A stretch of 64,000 nt of DNA, taken from NCBI GenBank assembly GCA_051362555.1, contig CM120644.1:8564954-8628953 (forward strand), in the 5' to 3' direction. This document shows, piece by piece, positions 29,194 to 43,100 of this stretch. How positions within the stretch are numbered: position 1 is the first letter of the stretch; every line of letters starts with the position of its first letter. The position numbers were made by a program, and so were the translations under genes. The stretch is from Lingula anatina. Lineage: Eukaryota > Animalia > Brachiopoda. The notes beneath the pieces were generated by a model. It did not search any database and was not told the origin of the DNA. It was given only the letters and a program-made list of their open reading frames with translations.

Positions 29194-29260
29194 ATGCCAC
29201 GTCTGACACTGGAAGAGCAACAGCGGGACCTGGGAATGCTGGAGGATGGGCGAAACTAAA
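29194..29260 (+). mobile_element. Tc1-like transposase N-terminal remnant
   Basis: Translates as MPRLTLEEQQRDLGMLEDG then a stop; resembles the MPRL...RAIGML start of Tc1-family transposases. Confidence 0.45.
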
Positions 29261-29457
29261 GAGATTTGATCACGTGACCTTGCATTTTAATGATCTTTTT
29301 TTTTACCTTTATTTCACCTTGTGTGAGTGAATAATGGGTCATATTTAACACGAAAACTGTTATTTTCTTAATGTGCCAAAGAAACCTCAAATATTATTTG
29401 ATAAATAAATGATGCGTTTTCATTGACTGTCAGTATATATTCTACTTGTACCTTCAT

Positions 29458-29835
29458 TCAACCGTATCTGTTATAGTAGTTGGCGTAATAGTTTCTCAGG
29501 TAGTTCTGATACCAGCGGTTGTACGCATTGTATCCGCTACTAGAACTGCTCGAGTGGGAGGTGCTGTAGCTGTTGGAATAGCCGTTGTTGTAAGTCATAT
29601 CCACCCCGTACTGCACCTGTCCCGGGTGGTCCTCGCGGCCTCCGTAATCCACGCAGCTACAGCGGGCGTAGTCACAACGGTGGCCAAAGCAGCGGTAGTA
29701 CCCCCCTGGACAGCGGCCAGTTTGACAGACCATCCAACCTCGCCCGGCTTGGGCTTGGTCAATTAAAAGCACAAGGAGGGGCAGCAGTAACGGCAGTAGC
29801 AAGAGGAGGGGTTTACCGTCGCGCACAACCGCCAT
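29458..29835 (-). CDS. Secreted 125-aa peptide: Leu-rich signal, 6-Cys domain, Ser/Tyr/Asn-rich tail
   Basis: GC-rich ORF in AT-rich surroundings; ATG shortly after a CAG acceptor near 29852; signal ...LLVLLIDQAQA; CQTGRCPGGYYRCFGHRCDYARCSC; GT donor just after the stop. Confidence 0.8.
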   Translation of the reverse strand: MAVVRDGKPLLLLLPLLLPLLVLLIDQAQAGRGWMVCQTGRCPGGYYRCFGHRCDYARCSCVDYGGREDHPGQVQYGVDMTYNNGYSNSYSTSHSSSSSSGYNAYNRWYQNYLRNYYANYYNRYG

Positions 29836-32800
29836 GTTGATTGACTAAGACCTGTTTAAGAAAAACGAATGTTTTTAATCTGTTATCGAAGTAGAAGTCG
29901 TGTAGCAGTTCGAAATATGAAATCATTACTTAAAGCCTTTTATTCACTTTCTTTTTTTTTTTAGGATTTTGGTACCTAATTCGGGACCCCATTTAAATTA
30001 TAGGCAAAGTGACTGGAATATAGGAACAAAAACTTCGTTTTCCATGATTATGACCGCATTTCTACTTGGCTCTTTAGAAAACCAATATAACCATGTGTAT
30101 CCTCATCCGCATCCTTTCGAAGCTTTACACGTACTCGTGAGCGAATTTCTTAGAAAATTCTACATACGGTTCCACAACCATTATTCTTTATCGTCTCCGG
30201 ACACTTTGATTCTCTATGCCAGTTTTCGTATCATAATATTTTTTCACAAGTAAAATCATCCTGTTTAAGCCTGAGAACACTACAAAACTCGCCTTGCCAT
30301 GACCCAAAAACTGACCATTTCATTTACATTGTAAAATACTCACAGATGTTACAGCGCGTTGTACCTGTAGGGACAACACTATCTGGATATGCTGGTGATC
30401 AAAAGTATAATGTTTGCAGATGTTTAAGTTACATGTGAGGTCACATCTTTACAACTAAACCCGCCAAAATACCATCATTAAGTGTAAAATAGCATAACTA
30501 AATGAAATAACAAATGGTATCGTCTTATACTTCCCGAAAATGATATTAGCGCAGATTTTTTCTTTGTCGTTTTCTTCAGCCCTCATTGAAAATGTTATTT
30601 CAAACGCAACAGCTATGTGTAAATGTTAGGCCTACTAGGTCATTTGGCGGGCCTTTACGAACTGATGGAATGGATTTATAGGTCACATTTAAAACCAGAA
30701 ATTTGAATTTAAATCATATTTCTGGCTGACTGAGTGATTTATTTGGTTCATTCTTCGGTACATGTATGTCGACTTTACTTGAACCGTATAAGAAACCAGC
30801 AAACGTAGTTTATATGCATTACAGGGATTCAAGACCTGCTTCTCTTTGTAAATGGAAAGAAAACAATAACTTAACTCCCCAAAAAGGAACACAATTAACC
30901 CAAAACGGTTATCAAATCCATATTCCCTCTTCAGTGACAAAAAGAAGACGGAAACAACTCTTCAGGCGTATGCCACTTTATCAGAATCGACCGTAATCCC
31001 ATTCCCTTAATAAGGTTTTAAGTGTTTGTTTTAAGTCTGCACTGTACGTGAGCTAACGAAATAAGTTAACTCTGCGTTATATGTGTCTATCAGTACCACC
31101 TGGCCGTCATTAGAAAAAAACACCACCTGCTGTTCGTAATAAAGAAGAAATGCCAAACTGGTGAAGAATGTAACAATTCACTTCAGCAAAAGGGTTTCAA
31201 AAGCGGCGAATGCAGATTTTTTTTTGAAAAGGAACAGATCTATGGTAGAGGAAATACTACAGATGAGAGGAACTTTGCTTAATGCTGTGTTCTGAAACTT
31301 TGTCATTATTATTGCAAATACACGTAGAAGCCGACTTATATGCACCCCAGAAAGCATCAGTCGCCTCTTAAATCATTATTCATCTTTTTAAACTAAAATT
31401 AAACTTCTTTGTATTTTATGTTGTACAGTCTATTGAACATTTTATGGATTTTAGACTCGAAATAAATATATTATTATTATTATTATTATTATCTTTTTTG
31501 CTACTATCTAAACAAAACATCCTTGGGACTCCTGGCGCCTTGGCCGTTCCTTGTTTTTTTACAAACCCGGGTGAACTTCCATTGAGATAGATAGCGCAAC
31601 AAGGGTATTTTTTTCAATGGCATCATTACTGTGAAAGGTTAACAGCATATGGCACCACTGAGCAGTATGTACTCGTACGTGTAGTCCTCTGGATGTCACA
31701 GTGTCATTTCAGTCTCTAAATATGCTGCGTAGAAAACCCGTAGAGTCAGAAATAACGAAGTAAAATTGAACCGAGCCCACAAAATTCCTTAATCACTTGG
31801 TGCATTAAGGCCTATAAGATTAAACTACTACATAATTTTTGTTTAAAGAAAACGGGCTATGTTGGGAACATGATGCACAATTCGTTGCCAGACTAATGAT
31901 CAAGGTGTTACGTAAAATGTTCAAATGTTTTGATACAAACTTTTTTGCGCGAGGTTTTATCGATGTACAACCGTTGCTCAAGGGTTAAAATATTGGTAGA
32001 ATTTCTTCACTAAATCTAAACGGTGTACTGGGTTTCTTTGAATAATCTAAACACTTTAAGGTTCCCTGAACAGATCGTGGCACATAAAATGCAATGGAAG
32101 GGTAACATCTTAATTGAAAAAGGAAAAAGTCTTGATCTTGGTATCGTCGGAAATTAGTAATGCCTGTTTCAGCAAAGAATGTGGCACCCTATTTTCCACA
32201 GTCTACTTGTAAGCCGATCCCTACAAACTCCTTGCCTATGCCGTTTCCCTGTGCCAAAAGTGTATGTGGAGGAGTGGAGAGATACAACGGCCACGTGGTG
32301 CTCAGGGTGATCACATCGTCACGTTCAAAGAGCTATGGCGTTACTAAGCGAGCTTTTTTTTGTTTGTTTGTTTTCAGGAACAAACATTACACTTTGGAAT
32401 TCTCATTTTAGGAGTTTGATTTCAAAACGAGTAACATTAAGTTCTGAAGTACAGAAACAGTCCCGTTATACTCCTACGAACCGGGAAATAGCTTGAATAC
32501 CAGTCAGTACACATTTTCTAGTGTGTTCTCAAGTTAATCCGCAAAGTTAAGAATGCTTTACTTCGTATACAATTACCAGCAGTTTTCTAACTTAATTTTC
32601 CTTGTTAACATGTAAACAATTATATATATACATATACACTCAATAATGATTTTAAAATTTGCTCCCATGTTTTTCTATTTCTTTTAAAGAAATATCGATG
32701 ACATTATACACCTAAGGCTAAAAATCTACTGAAAAGAATCTGAGAATCATAATAAGAAATATAAAATATACTGTCGAACACAATTCTAGTCATTTTTGCC

Positions 32801-35028
32801 ATAATGCTAAGAAATCGAATAAAAATATTTGCTGCACAACAAATATTAAAACGATTTTTCAGCCGAAAAGTACCATACATACCTGACAGACTTTCCTCGC
32901 ATAACCTAGGGAATGCGCCTAAATTGAGTTTACAAATCGTTCTGTAAAGATTTTTAACGGGTCACGTGGTTGCCAGCATGTCAGCGCCTGCTTGGAGGGC
33001 GAGGTCGAGAGTGAGGGCGAAGTCGTTATTTAACCCACACGATTCCAACTGCGTTCAAATAAGGGTTTTGTTCACGTCGTCATCGTTAGCTTGATGTTGT
33101 CGCAACAGTTTCGTTCACTAAATATAAACATGAATTGCATGTAAACTTGAATATCTTATTTATATGGCTGTATTGTGACATGGTATTTTTAACTTAGTGC
33201 CATCTTCTTGTATACATAGTCTTGTATTATCTGTACAGTTTAGCCAGTACATACTTGCGCACAAGTTACAACAAAAATTATAACATAATATTTACAGTGG
33301 AGGAATTGAAGAAAAACCCCTTACGTGTATCTAAGGGAAGAAGGAATTCATTAACTGGTCTTTGGAACACTGATCAAGTCGTTTTCTCTTCTGAATATCC
33401 TAGCACAGACTTCCTGATTGTAGACCAACCTTCAGTCCTAAATTACCCTGGTACCGACGCTGATCAAGGAGGAAAAACTAATTATACTAGTTGGCCCTAG
33501 GTGGCTCGTTGGAGTTACGTGCTACGATGTAAGTAAAGGTGTCGAACGCCCCTGCATTTTTTCTCAATTTAAGCTGGAGCGGTAGAAATTTGGTTATCAT
33601 GCGAGGTTATATAGAGCTCTCAATGTTAAAAAGTTTCAGGTCCTGAGTCAATTGTTGTCTGACACACTTTATGGCGCCGGTGTCTGACTGAAAGAGAAAA
33701 AAAAAATAGTGTAGCCTTATGTATTAGGTCGCTCATTTGGAAATACTTGGAGGTGTCAATGTCGCTTCACATTATTTCAAAAATTAGTTTTCACCTTGTT
33801 TGATTCCTTTTTTTATACCTTTCACTTACTGACTTGCCACCAGATGTTTACGTGCGTATTTATAGTTATAGTTCTTTTTTTACTTACTTTCTTATTTTTT
33901 TTTCTTTTTTTGGCTTTTGGTTCTGACTCAGGCACAAAACAGCAGGATATGGCTCAGAGGAAAACAGGCCTTGAGCAATGCCGAAGCCGGCTATCACATT
34001 TTTTCTTTCCGTAGATTAAAATGACCTTCTCCCACCTATGCCCTCCTGGTTTGAGAGAAAAAAGGGCCGGTAAGCTCAATAGCATATCAACCACCACGTC
34101 AACATGTCAGGTGTTAGTTGAGACGAATCTTACCAATGGTCAGGAGAAATTTCCATGGTAAAGCCTTAAAAAGAAAGTAACATAAATGTTATTAAGCAGT
34201 AACTGGAAAGGGTACATTTGAGAAATAAATATGCGTATTTGTATACATTTTTAAAAAAAAAATATTAAAATCCTGTCAGTAGAGTATAAACAGACCATAC
34301 ACATGCTAGTCTTGTGTTGTGTTATTCTAATTAGGAAATGTAAAAAAAGATACAGATTTGTTCCCTACGCTATATATATATATTTCTGGTTGATTACAAT
34401 AAGTGGGAAATGCAAACAATTTGATGAATGGTTTATATAGCAGCTGGAATTTGAACGTGACCTGTGTGCATTTGTTCTGGTGTGGAGACATTCTCAACTA
34501 ACACAATCACAGTGTCGCTTTGTTTGCATAAAAGAAAAAAAAAAGACGAGACTCAGATAATGCAAACAGATGTGATTGGATAAATGAATGCTTGTATGAT
34601 TTCTTGGTCTCGGCGTAAACTACTAAATTAATTATATGGCCCAATATAAACGACGCAAGACGCTCTGGCTGATCAAAACGTATCAGGACATCTCAAAATA
34701 CGACAACAACGGTAAGCAATTTTATTTTTAGTTTAGGAATAATTCGTAGTCTAACATGGTTATAAATATGCAAAACCAGACATTACAATTATACAATTTA
34801 ATCGTGTACAGGTATAACCTTTGAATAAATATACTATAGGAATTATTACACTTTCATTGTGTCAGCGGTATATACAGATTATGTATCCATTGTGCCTACA
34901 TGGCGTGCTTCTTTGTTATCATCTTCAATTCGAGCGTCACGTTATTAAAAGGTAAACAATCGCCCAAAGTGATACTTGAAGTCCAATAATTATCATTATT
35001 ACTATTATTTTAGATGGATAGTTCGCCC

Positions 35029-36280
35029 ATGTACACGTTTACCTTCGTGTTAAGCCTAGTGCTGTCTACAGGATGTGAACCATGGACACGTGAGGTGAGT
35101 TCCATGTGATATCCATGCACACATAGGGCATATATTGAAGAGATGACTAAAAGGTAGGACCTATTTATCAGAAATTCCACTGGAATTCCACTTGAGTCCA
35201 TAGTAAGTAAGTCAGAGTTATACATGTTTTCTCATTAGTCAAATAAAGTTTACTTAAATGGAATGCCAGGCCATATCGGTGTTCTTTGGATCGAGTCCCA
35301 CTTCATCATATTAGGTTAGTTCATACCACGTGGGAACTAGGATTTAACATAAATCAATCTAAAATCAGTTATTCCATCACATATAGTGTTACCTGTGTGC
35401 ACATGGTGATTTGAATATTATATAAGATAATTTTCCATGCATGGTATGCATTTCTAATAGCTGACATAGGATCAAATTGTTAAAATTAACTAAACGCTTG
35501 ACAAAAGAGTTTTGGAATATATATTGTATTAGAATTAAAATAAATTTAATATTTTTTTGTAGTTGAAAATTGCAAACAATATAATGCAGTGCAAAAGAAG
35601 ATAGATCTAATTTTCAAACCTAAAATTTACGTTGATCCCTTAAATATTTTAGATATGTACACTGCAAAAGAACATTATATGCTGTTAGCAATTATATGAT
35701 GCATCAATCAGCAATTATGATACTTTATATTAATATACAGGTTAAAGAAGACAATGAGATATCTGGTCTTTTGAGAGAGAAATTAAGTAAAAGTTTTAGA
35801 ATGAGGGACATCAATGGAGATGGGAAGGTTACCAGGTTGGAGTACGTAGAGGGAACAGCAAATAGAAGTCGTCAAGTGTTGTCCCCCTGGAGAGCCAAGG
35901 CCGTTTACGGAATGATGAGCGCCGATTGGGATTCTTTGTTTCTTCCTGGAACAAAAATAAGAGACGAATTGAGCCTCAATTTGTGGCTTGATTTAGTCAC
36001 ATTGTGCTCCTCCTCGCTGGTTTTCTCTCAACTGCAATGGTGTTGGAACTGGTTTCATATCATAGATGATGACTGTGATGACAAAGTCTCTCTCACAGAA
36101 TATGCAAACTTTTTCTTCATATTCTATAGCGCAATGTCCCCAGAAGAACCATTCAAAGCAATTGACCACGATGTCAGTAATTTCATGGAGGCGGAGGAAT
36201 ATGTAATGGGTTGTTTCCATTATATGTTTGACCAAAGTGACGCAAAAACAGCAGAATTCTATGGAAGTCCAAAATACTGA
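35029..36280 (+). CDS. Secreted EF-hand protein 1 (SCP/calexcitin/photoprotein-fold-like)
   Basis: Exon 35029-35094 (MYTFTFVLSLVLSTGCEPWTRE; in-frame ATG also at 35014) spliced in phase 0 to 35741-36280. EF loops DINGDGKVTRLE, DDDCDDKVSLTE, DHDVSNFMEAEE. Confidence 0.85.
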
Positions 36281-36439
36281 AGAAGACAAAAACATGTATG
36301 TCAGAAGGAGTTCGTTCTAGTCGAATTCCTTATATCTATTTTCCAAATAAAATTCCTTTTGACAAAACAATTCAAACTAAAGTTGTTATCAGCCAACCTA
36401 TATCTTTCCCGAGTCATATATTACAATATCTTTTCTAAG

Positions 36440-36691
36440 CAGTGGCGGAACTAGGGAGTGTCAGGGGGTTCCTGATCTCCCCTTTCGATTTCCGAAGAAA
36501 ATTCATGCCAATGGTACTCTTTTGAAAAGTAGTTTTGTCTAGCAGAATCATAGTTCTTAACCATACCAAATGGCACATTTCGCCCTCTAAAATACTAAAT
36601 GAAGGGTCCCAAACCCCAACGCAAGGGGGGGGGGGGGGGCGTCTTTGCATCTTCAGACCCCCCCTTTTAAATAATCCTGGATCCGCCCCCG
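36440..36691. mobile_element. MITE with CAGTGGCGGA...TCCGCCCC(C/T)G termini (hAT-like), 5-bp TSD CTAAG
   Basis: TIRs and internal sequence shared with 48251-48493; CTAAG on both flanks. Confidence 0.75.
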
Positions 36692-37887
36692 CTAAGTCAT
36701 ATTTTTAAAAAGTCAATGTTTTGGATTAGACCTAAGGACACCCTCTTCTGTTTCATTTCAATGTTACAATTGTTTTTAAGAAAGGAAAACAGCCAAAATG
36801 CCTAAATATTTTAAAGATATGTTTAACTCAAATTATACGTTGGGGAATAATGCCCATGTACGTCCTTATATGCCCGGAAGAATTGTTAATGGGTTATTTA
36901 AATTACGTTTGACCAAAATGACACAACAACAGCACGGTTCTGTGTGGGCATCGTGAAAACTGAATTACAGTAGATAATACCTAAGGGTGCCTTTTATCAT
37001 GAAGACTCTTATCTTTTTTCCAAATTATATTGTTCCGATGAAGGTTCCGAAATGGAAAACGGCCACTTCCTTTCCGTTCTGAGTATATGCTGTGGGGTGG
37101 TTGGTGACTGGCTTTACTTATTTTGCAATGATCTCTTTGCGCGATGCGTTCAGTTAATGACACTCATAAGATATCTGATATTCATTTGAATGATATAGTT
37201 TTGGTTTTGTACCCGACTAGACCTGCCGATTTCATCTGGTGCAGACGCATTACTGATTTTACAACGTCAAATTACGAAAAAATCGTCAAAGGCAGGCTAT
37301 CCATGCAAAGCGACACTGTATTTGTGTACAGCCCATATCGTCCCTAATGTTTCTTTTCTTATCACTTTATGTTTACATGAATGTTTGCTGTGTTTCTGAA
37401 TAGATACAAACAATAAAGAAAATGTAAACCAATGTTTATGTGAATATAAATGCTGGCATGACTTCATAGTGCCCGCGTGAAAGTTGGAATTACTTGTTTG
37501 GTAAAATATAAACGAGACTTCACACGCTGGCTGTTTATACCACTGCCAGAAATCACCAATAACGGGCTCAACTGGTAAGCATAAGTCGTCCCTGGAGAAA
37601 TTTTGTTTCACGATGCACTTTGTAATGATATTTCGTTCAAAGAATGCAGAACTATCCGCCACGTGATAAAACCAAAATTCATGATTATTTATTAAGCCTG
37701 ATTTAACTTGTACACAATAAGGCTATTTAGATTAGATTTCAATTCATTGGTTTTTTAATCAACATATTATGTATTTTAACAGGAATGTATTACTTTTTCT
37801 TGGCCTTGACTTCGGCATCAGGGTGTTCGAAGTAGTTAGAGACGTAAATGCCTAATATTGTGATTATTTCAGACAGAAAAATTGACC

Positions 37888-39011
37888 ATGCACCTTTTGA
37901 CCTTCGTATTAGCCCTACTGTTATCTACAAGCTGTAATGCTGCTGACCATGAACCATGGGCCCGTGAGGTGAGTTCCACGTGCTGTCTGTGTCCATTAGG
38001 TGCATATTTAGGGTCAGCTAATATTTAAATAGGGTTCCATCCTTAATTGTTTCAACTAACGTGTAAGTTTGTAAAGACAAAGATGCCGAAAGGGGCTGAA
38101 AGGCTTTACAGGTATTACTTAAATATTTATTTTTTGTCTACCACAATTCCCACAGTGCCCACGTGGGATCTTAGCAAAGGAAAGAAAAGTGCTCAGCTAT
38201 ACTAGCTTTTAATAAGTCAATAATGCTTTTGAATATGTCATAGGGTGCGTTCACAATAAAACTATCGCACTAGGTAGATAGACCGAACTCCACAGGAACT
38301 CTCACTAAATACAATCAGGAAATGTGAATGTCATGTCTCTGCAAACAGGGTTCGATCTTTATATAAATTAGGTATGTACATTTTACATTGTCGAACTGCA
38401 CTATTGTGTGTGTGTAAATGTAATTGTAAATCATTGCACCAATGACCGATTATGAAATTTCTATCATTATATAGGAGACTCAGAACGGAGAGGCCTCTTC
38501 TCTCTGGAAAGAAAAAGCTCGTAAAATATTTGGCATGCTGGATGCAAATGGAGATGGAAACCTCAGAAGGCAGGAGTATGTACACGAAACAGCAAACAGA
38601 AGTCGTCAGGTGCTGTCCTCATTCAGAGCCAAGGCTGTTTACGGAGTGATGAGCAATGATTGGAACTCTTTGTTTCTTTCTGCAAAAACGCCGAAACAGG
38701 AATTGAGCTTTGATGAAGTGCTTGACTTGTCTTCATCCGGTATTTGCAACAGCAGAACGATTTTCTCTGAACTGCAGTGGTGTTGGGACTGGATGCATAT
38801 CATCGATGAAGATTGTGGCGGGGACGTGTCTGTCAACGAATATGCTAATTTTCTCATCATATTTCGTAGCACAATTCCTCCAGAAAAAGCATTCAGAGAA
38901 TTTGATCATGATCGGAATAATGTACTAAGCGCGGAAGAATTTGTGATGGGGTGTTACCATAATAGATTAGACCAAAACGGAACAACTGCAGTACCGTTCT
39001 ATGGCCACTGA
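37888..39011 (+). CDS. Secreted EF-hand protein 2
   Basis: Exon 37888-37968 (MHLLTFVLALLLSTSCNAADHEPWARE) + exon 38475-39011. EF loops DANGDGNLRRQE, DEDCGGDVSVNE, DHDRNNVLSAEE. Confidence 0.87.
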
Positions 39012-40164
39012 ATTATGCAAAATGATGACAAAAGGTGTCCGTAATATTTAGATGATTTACCTTTTCTCTAAATAACATTGGCTTTGTTGAAACATGAAAT
39101 GAAAGACTACCTTTCATTCCCATTCTAATAATGATCTTTCACAGTCAAGATGCCTGAAATTGTTCATTGAGTCTATTTAAGGTTGATTAAAATTAAGGTT
39201 GATTAAAATCAATTTACAACTGACGCAACATTTGTACAAGCAGGGGCATAATATCAATTTGAATAAATGCTGTGCAGCAGTTGGTTCTTGTCTTTACTAA
39301 TTCTACACTGGTCATTTTGGTTTTAGGTAAACTTTCCATGACACTAATGACTGATTTATTATTAAAAAAATAAAAACACTACAATTAAAACCATATTGCG
39401 TGTCCACACTATGCACACTGCGTGCTCGTGTCATTTCTCTTTATAGGCTAAGAATGAGTTATACCGTTTTGGTCAAGGGACGGGGATGTGAGAACCGGTC
39501 TCGATTATATATTTTGCCTTTAGTTAACGCCCCATTGCATTTACATTTGGTTAGCCATACTTATTCGATCAGGTGCAGAAATAAACCGCTTTAAGATGTC
39601 ATTTTCAAGCAAGGTAAATAATGACTGTCACTCCCTCAAAACAAAGCTGAAGCTAAATTTGAAGCCCACATCATCTTCAGTTTGATGATTGCTTTTGTTA
39701 TCTCTACAAGCTGACATAAAGGCTTGCGATGTTTCAAATTAAAAACAAATAATTTAGATAATGGAAACTGATGTCATACGTTAATACATACTGGTATGAT
39801 TCTATGTTCTTAGTGTTGAAATTTGAATTACACACACTGGTATCACCCAAAGTAAATAAGGCATCAAGCAATGACTGATCATTGTGAATACAGGGGAAAA
39901 TGAATAAGCAAGACATCCGGTAAGCAGAAGTAATATATTATTTAAAGAATGTAAAATTAGTCAGCTGTCGTTGTATGCAGATTTCACAATGCTCATTGTG
40001 TTATAACGGGAGATTGCTTGGAAATAGAAGATATATGTGTCATCATATTGCGTAATTTGCACCAACTCAAATCCGCTATTTTTTAAAAAGAAATTTCACC
40101 CAGATTTATCATGAAACTAAAAGAATTTCCATTGATTTCATTATTTCAGACAGAACATTTGATC

Positions 40165-43100
40165 ATGTGTCTGTTCACCTTCGTGTTAACTCTTATGCTA
40201 TCTTCAAGCTGTTATAGCCGTAAATCGTGGATACGTGAGGTGAGTTATATTTAACTGCCCTATTGAGATTTCGCCTTACAACCGTCAGGATTTCTAGTCT
40301 ATTGTTAGCTTGTAAAAGCATAGTCACCCAACGACCCGAGAGCTGTAAAAGACTTCTTGGTTCCCATGTGAGATGTTAACACAACACCAAAGCAACATAA
40401 ACCCACTCACACCACTTTTTTTTCCAATTTCGTTTCCAGCTGAATGTCCTGTTTGAATATTATCTTCAAAGTCAAATGTGAACAAATAGATAAAAATTAA
40501 GCAAAAAAAAAAAAGTTTTAGTAAATGTCTGTTTAATATATTGTGAAAAAGGTTAACAACCTGGATGCTATCTCAATATTTGCACATTACTAGAGCACTG
40601 TCCCAGATAACAAACAATGCACCGATGTCTGCAACTGTCTGCACTATCGGCACTACCGAGTATTCCTCTAAGTTTGGGTACCAGTCTGTCCGTCAGATGC
40701 CTCACAGTCCGACTTAGGTCAAATTTCCGCAATCTAGTGTAGTCCCAACGTGTGTCTACTATAGGACGTTGGACTAGGGGCAAATTTCAGGGGCGTAACC
40801 AGACCTTTTTAAAATTGTACGCACAGAATTTCAAAATTCCCAGGTATAGCTAAATGTAGATCGACTTACGCAAAAGATGAAGGGCAGTTTAAATTATATG
40901 TGCCAAATATAATAGCTTAGTTTTCACCGTTTATAAAATCATTACTTAAAGTTTAAAATATTCCCACAGTATAATTAAGTTCCAGTAAATTATTTCACCC
41001 AGAACCAACGCTTTTTCCGGCATTGGGGTGCAGGCCGTCCATAATTGCCATCTGTATCTTATTTCAAAATTTCAGGGCCTCAAACTTTTCCAAAAGCCGT
41101 GAGCGGGGGTGGGGGTGGGGTGCAAATTAATGGAGTATTTTTTTAATAATAAATTTCATTGGGAAAGAGGGTTAAAAATAATTGATACCGATTTCCCGTC
41201 ACGCTCTTCCACGAAAGACCGCCCTTGTATGAATATAAAAATTGCCTTCTCGTCTCGCTCGGATCGCGAACGATCTCTGGCTGACAATCTTCTGCGAACG
41301 AAGTCCATTGAACGAATGTGAAAATCGCTTTCTCTTTTCGCTCAGATCACGCTCGATCTCCCGCTGAAGATACGAAAATTGGCTTCTTGTCTCGCTGCGG
41401 TCGGTAACAATCTCTTGTTCCCGATCCTCGGTTAACGAAGTCTCTTGAACAAATATGAAAATTGCCTTCTAGTCTGTTTCGGATTGCGAAGAATCTCTCG
41501 CCGAAGATATAAAAATTGCCTTTCTTATGTTTTAGCTTTGTCAGATGCCATACGTATAAAGATCCGAAAGGTGTCCCCTTTCATAATTTGGCGGCAAGTT
41601 GGGTCATATTTCATTTAGGGCGTACACGTGTTTTGTACCGAATGTAGATGATTCTTGTCACTTCTGCATTATGTATTTTAAAGTTAATGGAAACATTTTA
41701 TTGTGTTTTGTAAGCTTTAGGTAGTAGTTACGTCGTGACTGAAAAACACCGTGCACTAGAAAGAAGTTTAATATTCATACGTCAAATTACTGCAATGGAT
41801 TTTCATACGACGTCCACAGCTGCCCCGACAAGTTAAGACTTTTTTTAATCAGCTGCCGTCCAATTGGCAGCTGGAGGACTCGCTGAAAAAAGCCTTGCTT
41901 AGAATGGTATATTTATTGAACTAGGGGCTTACTGACACAAACTATGAAAACATATGCAAATTATGCCCGCTTGTATCAAGCTAAATTCTAAATAACGGTG
42001 AGGCACCTTTGTTCGATGTGGTTTGTTGCGGTTATCCCGAGTTGTCAGAATATAATCTTAAGAACAGTTGATCGTTGTAGGATTGTTACACCTTCTTGCT
42101 ATATTATTCGTCATGTCCATGGTCAGCTTAATGATGAATCTTCTAAAAGTTGAACTTATATATGGTATCATCCAAAATCAACCAATTGTATTACAGGATA
42201 AAGCTCTGTTTGTTTGTGAAAATTGCCCATATCACCCTGTTAGTTTAGAGGGTTAAGCTGGGTCAAGTCCGTGTCAAAATTCTTTACAGTTTTGCAGGAA
42301 ATATTTTTTTTTGTTTCTCTGGCTCCTTATAAAGCCCGTTGTCCAGATTTTATCTAGTGTCCTCAGGTCTGCTGGAGCTGCTCTTTGAAAATAACACAGG
42401 TAGATTTTTATCTGAGATAAATATCGCCAGCGAGTGTGCATTCGACACACTTAAGACAAAGGCTACCTGAGAGTTGAAGGGCATTCAAACTTCCAATTAA
42501 GAGGTAAAGGAAGTTCCAGCTAGATGGACGATTAAGATAGGACTTCTGGAAGTAGCTAGTATTGTTTATTTACCTCAGTTCTGTGAAAGCAAACGAGACG
42601 GGGGGCGTCAGAACAATGGTGCGTATACGATTCATACAGAAGATTTGTACATTCAGGTGACTCTAACTTGCAATCGAAGAGGATTTTTCGTGAAAATACA
42701 CTAAATTTATAGAGAATAATATCATGATTGGCTCAAAAAAATTGTACGCACAGTTCATCCGTGCGTATGCCTAGTTACGCCCATGAATTTTAAATAGAGG
42801 GATACCTACGGATACGGAGCTTTGTTAGTATCATATTAACTTTTTTTCTATTTTCATGTAAGTTTTATTTTATGGAATTTTCACCGCGGTGGAAAATAAT
42901 TTACACCGCGGTGGAAAATAATTTTCAATTACCGCCGTGGTAATTCCTGGCCATCTCGGCCCGGGTGATGAATAGGTAATGAGAACCTTACATTTGCCAG
43001 ATGCCGTCACGGTGCATGCTATTGTACTTACACACAAGGCTGGTGGATCTGTTCGTGGGGCCACTGCCGTTAACTTAGGTTTCCCATCAATATTTACCAC

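Noticed and set aside
29446-29766. Plus-strand Val/Ala-rich 106-aa ORF
   Set aside because: Antisense shadow of the secreted Cys-rich peptide gene; no ATG start.
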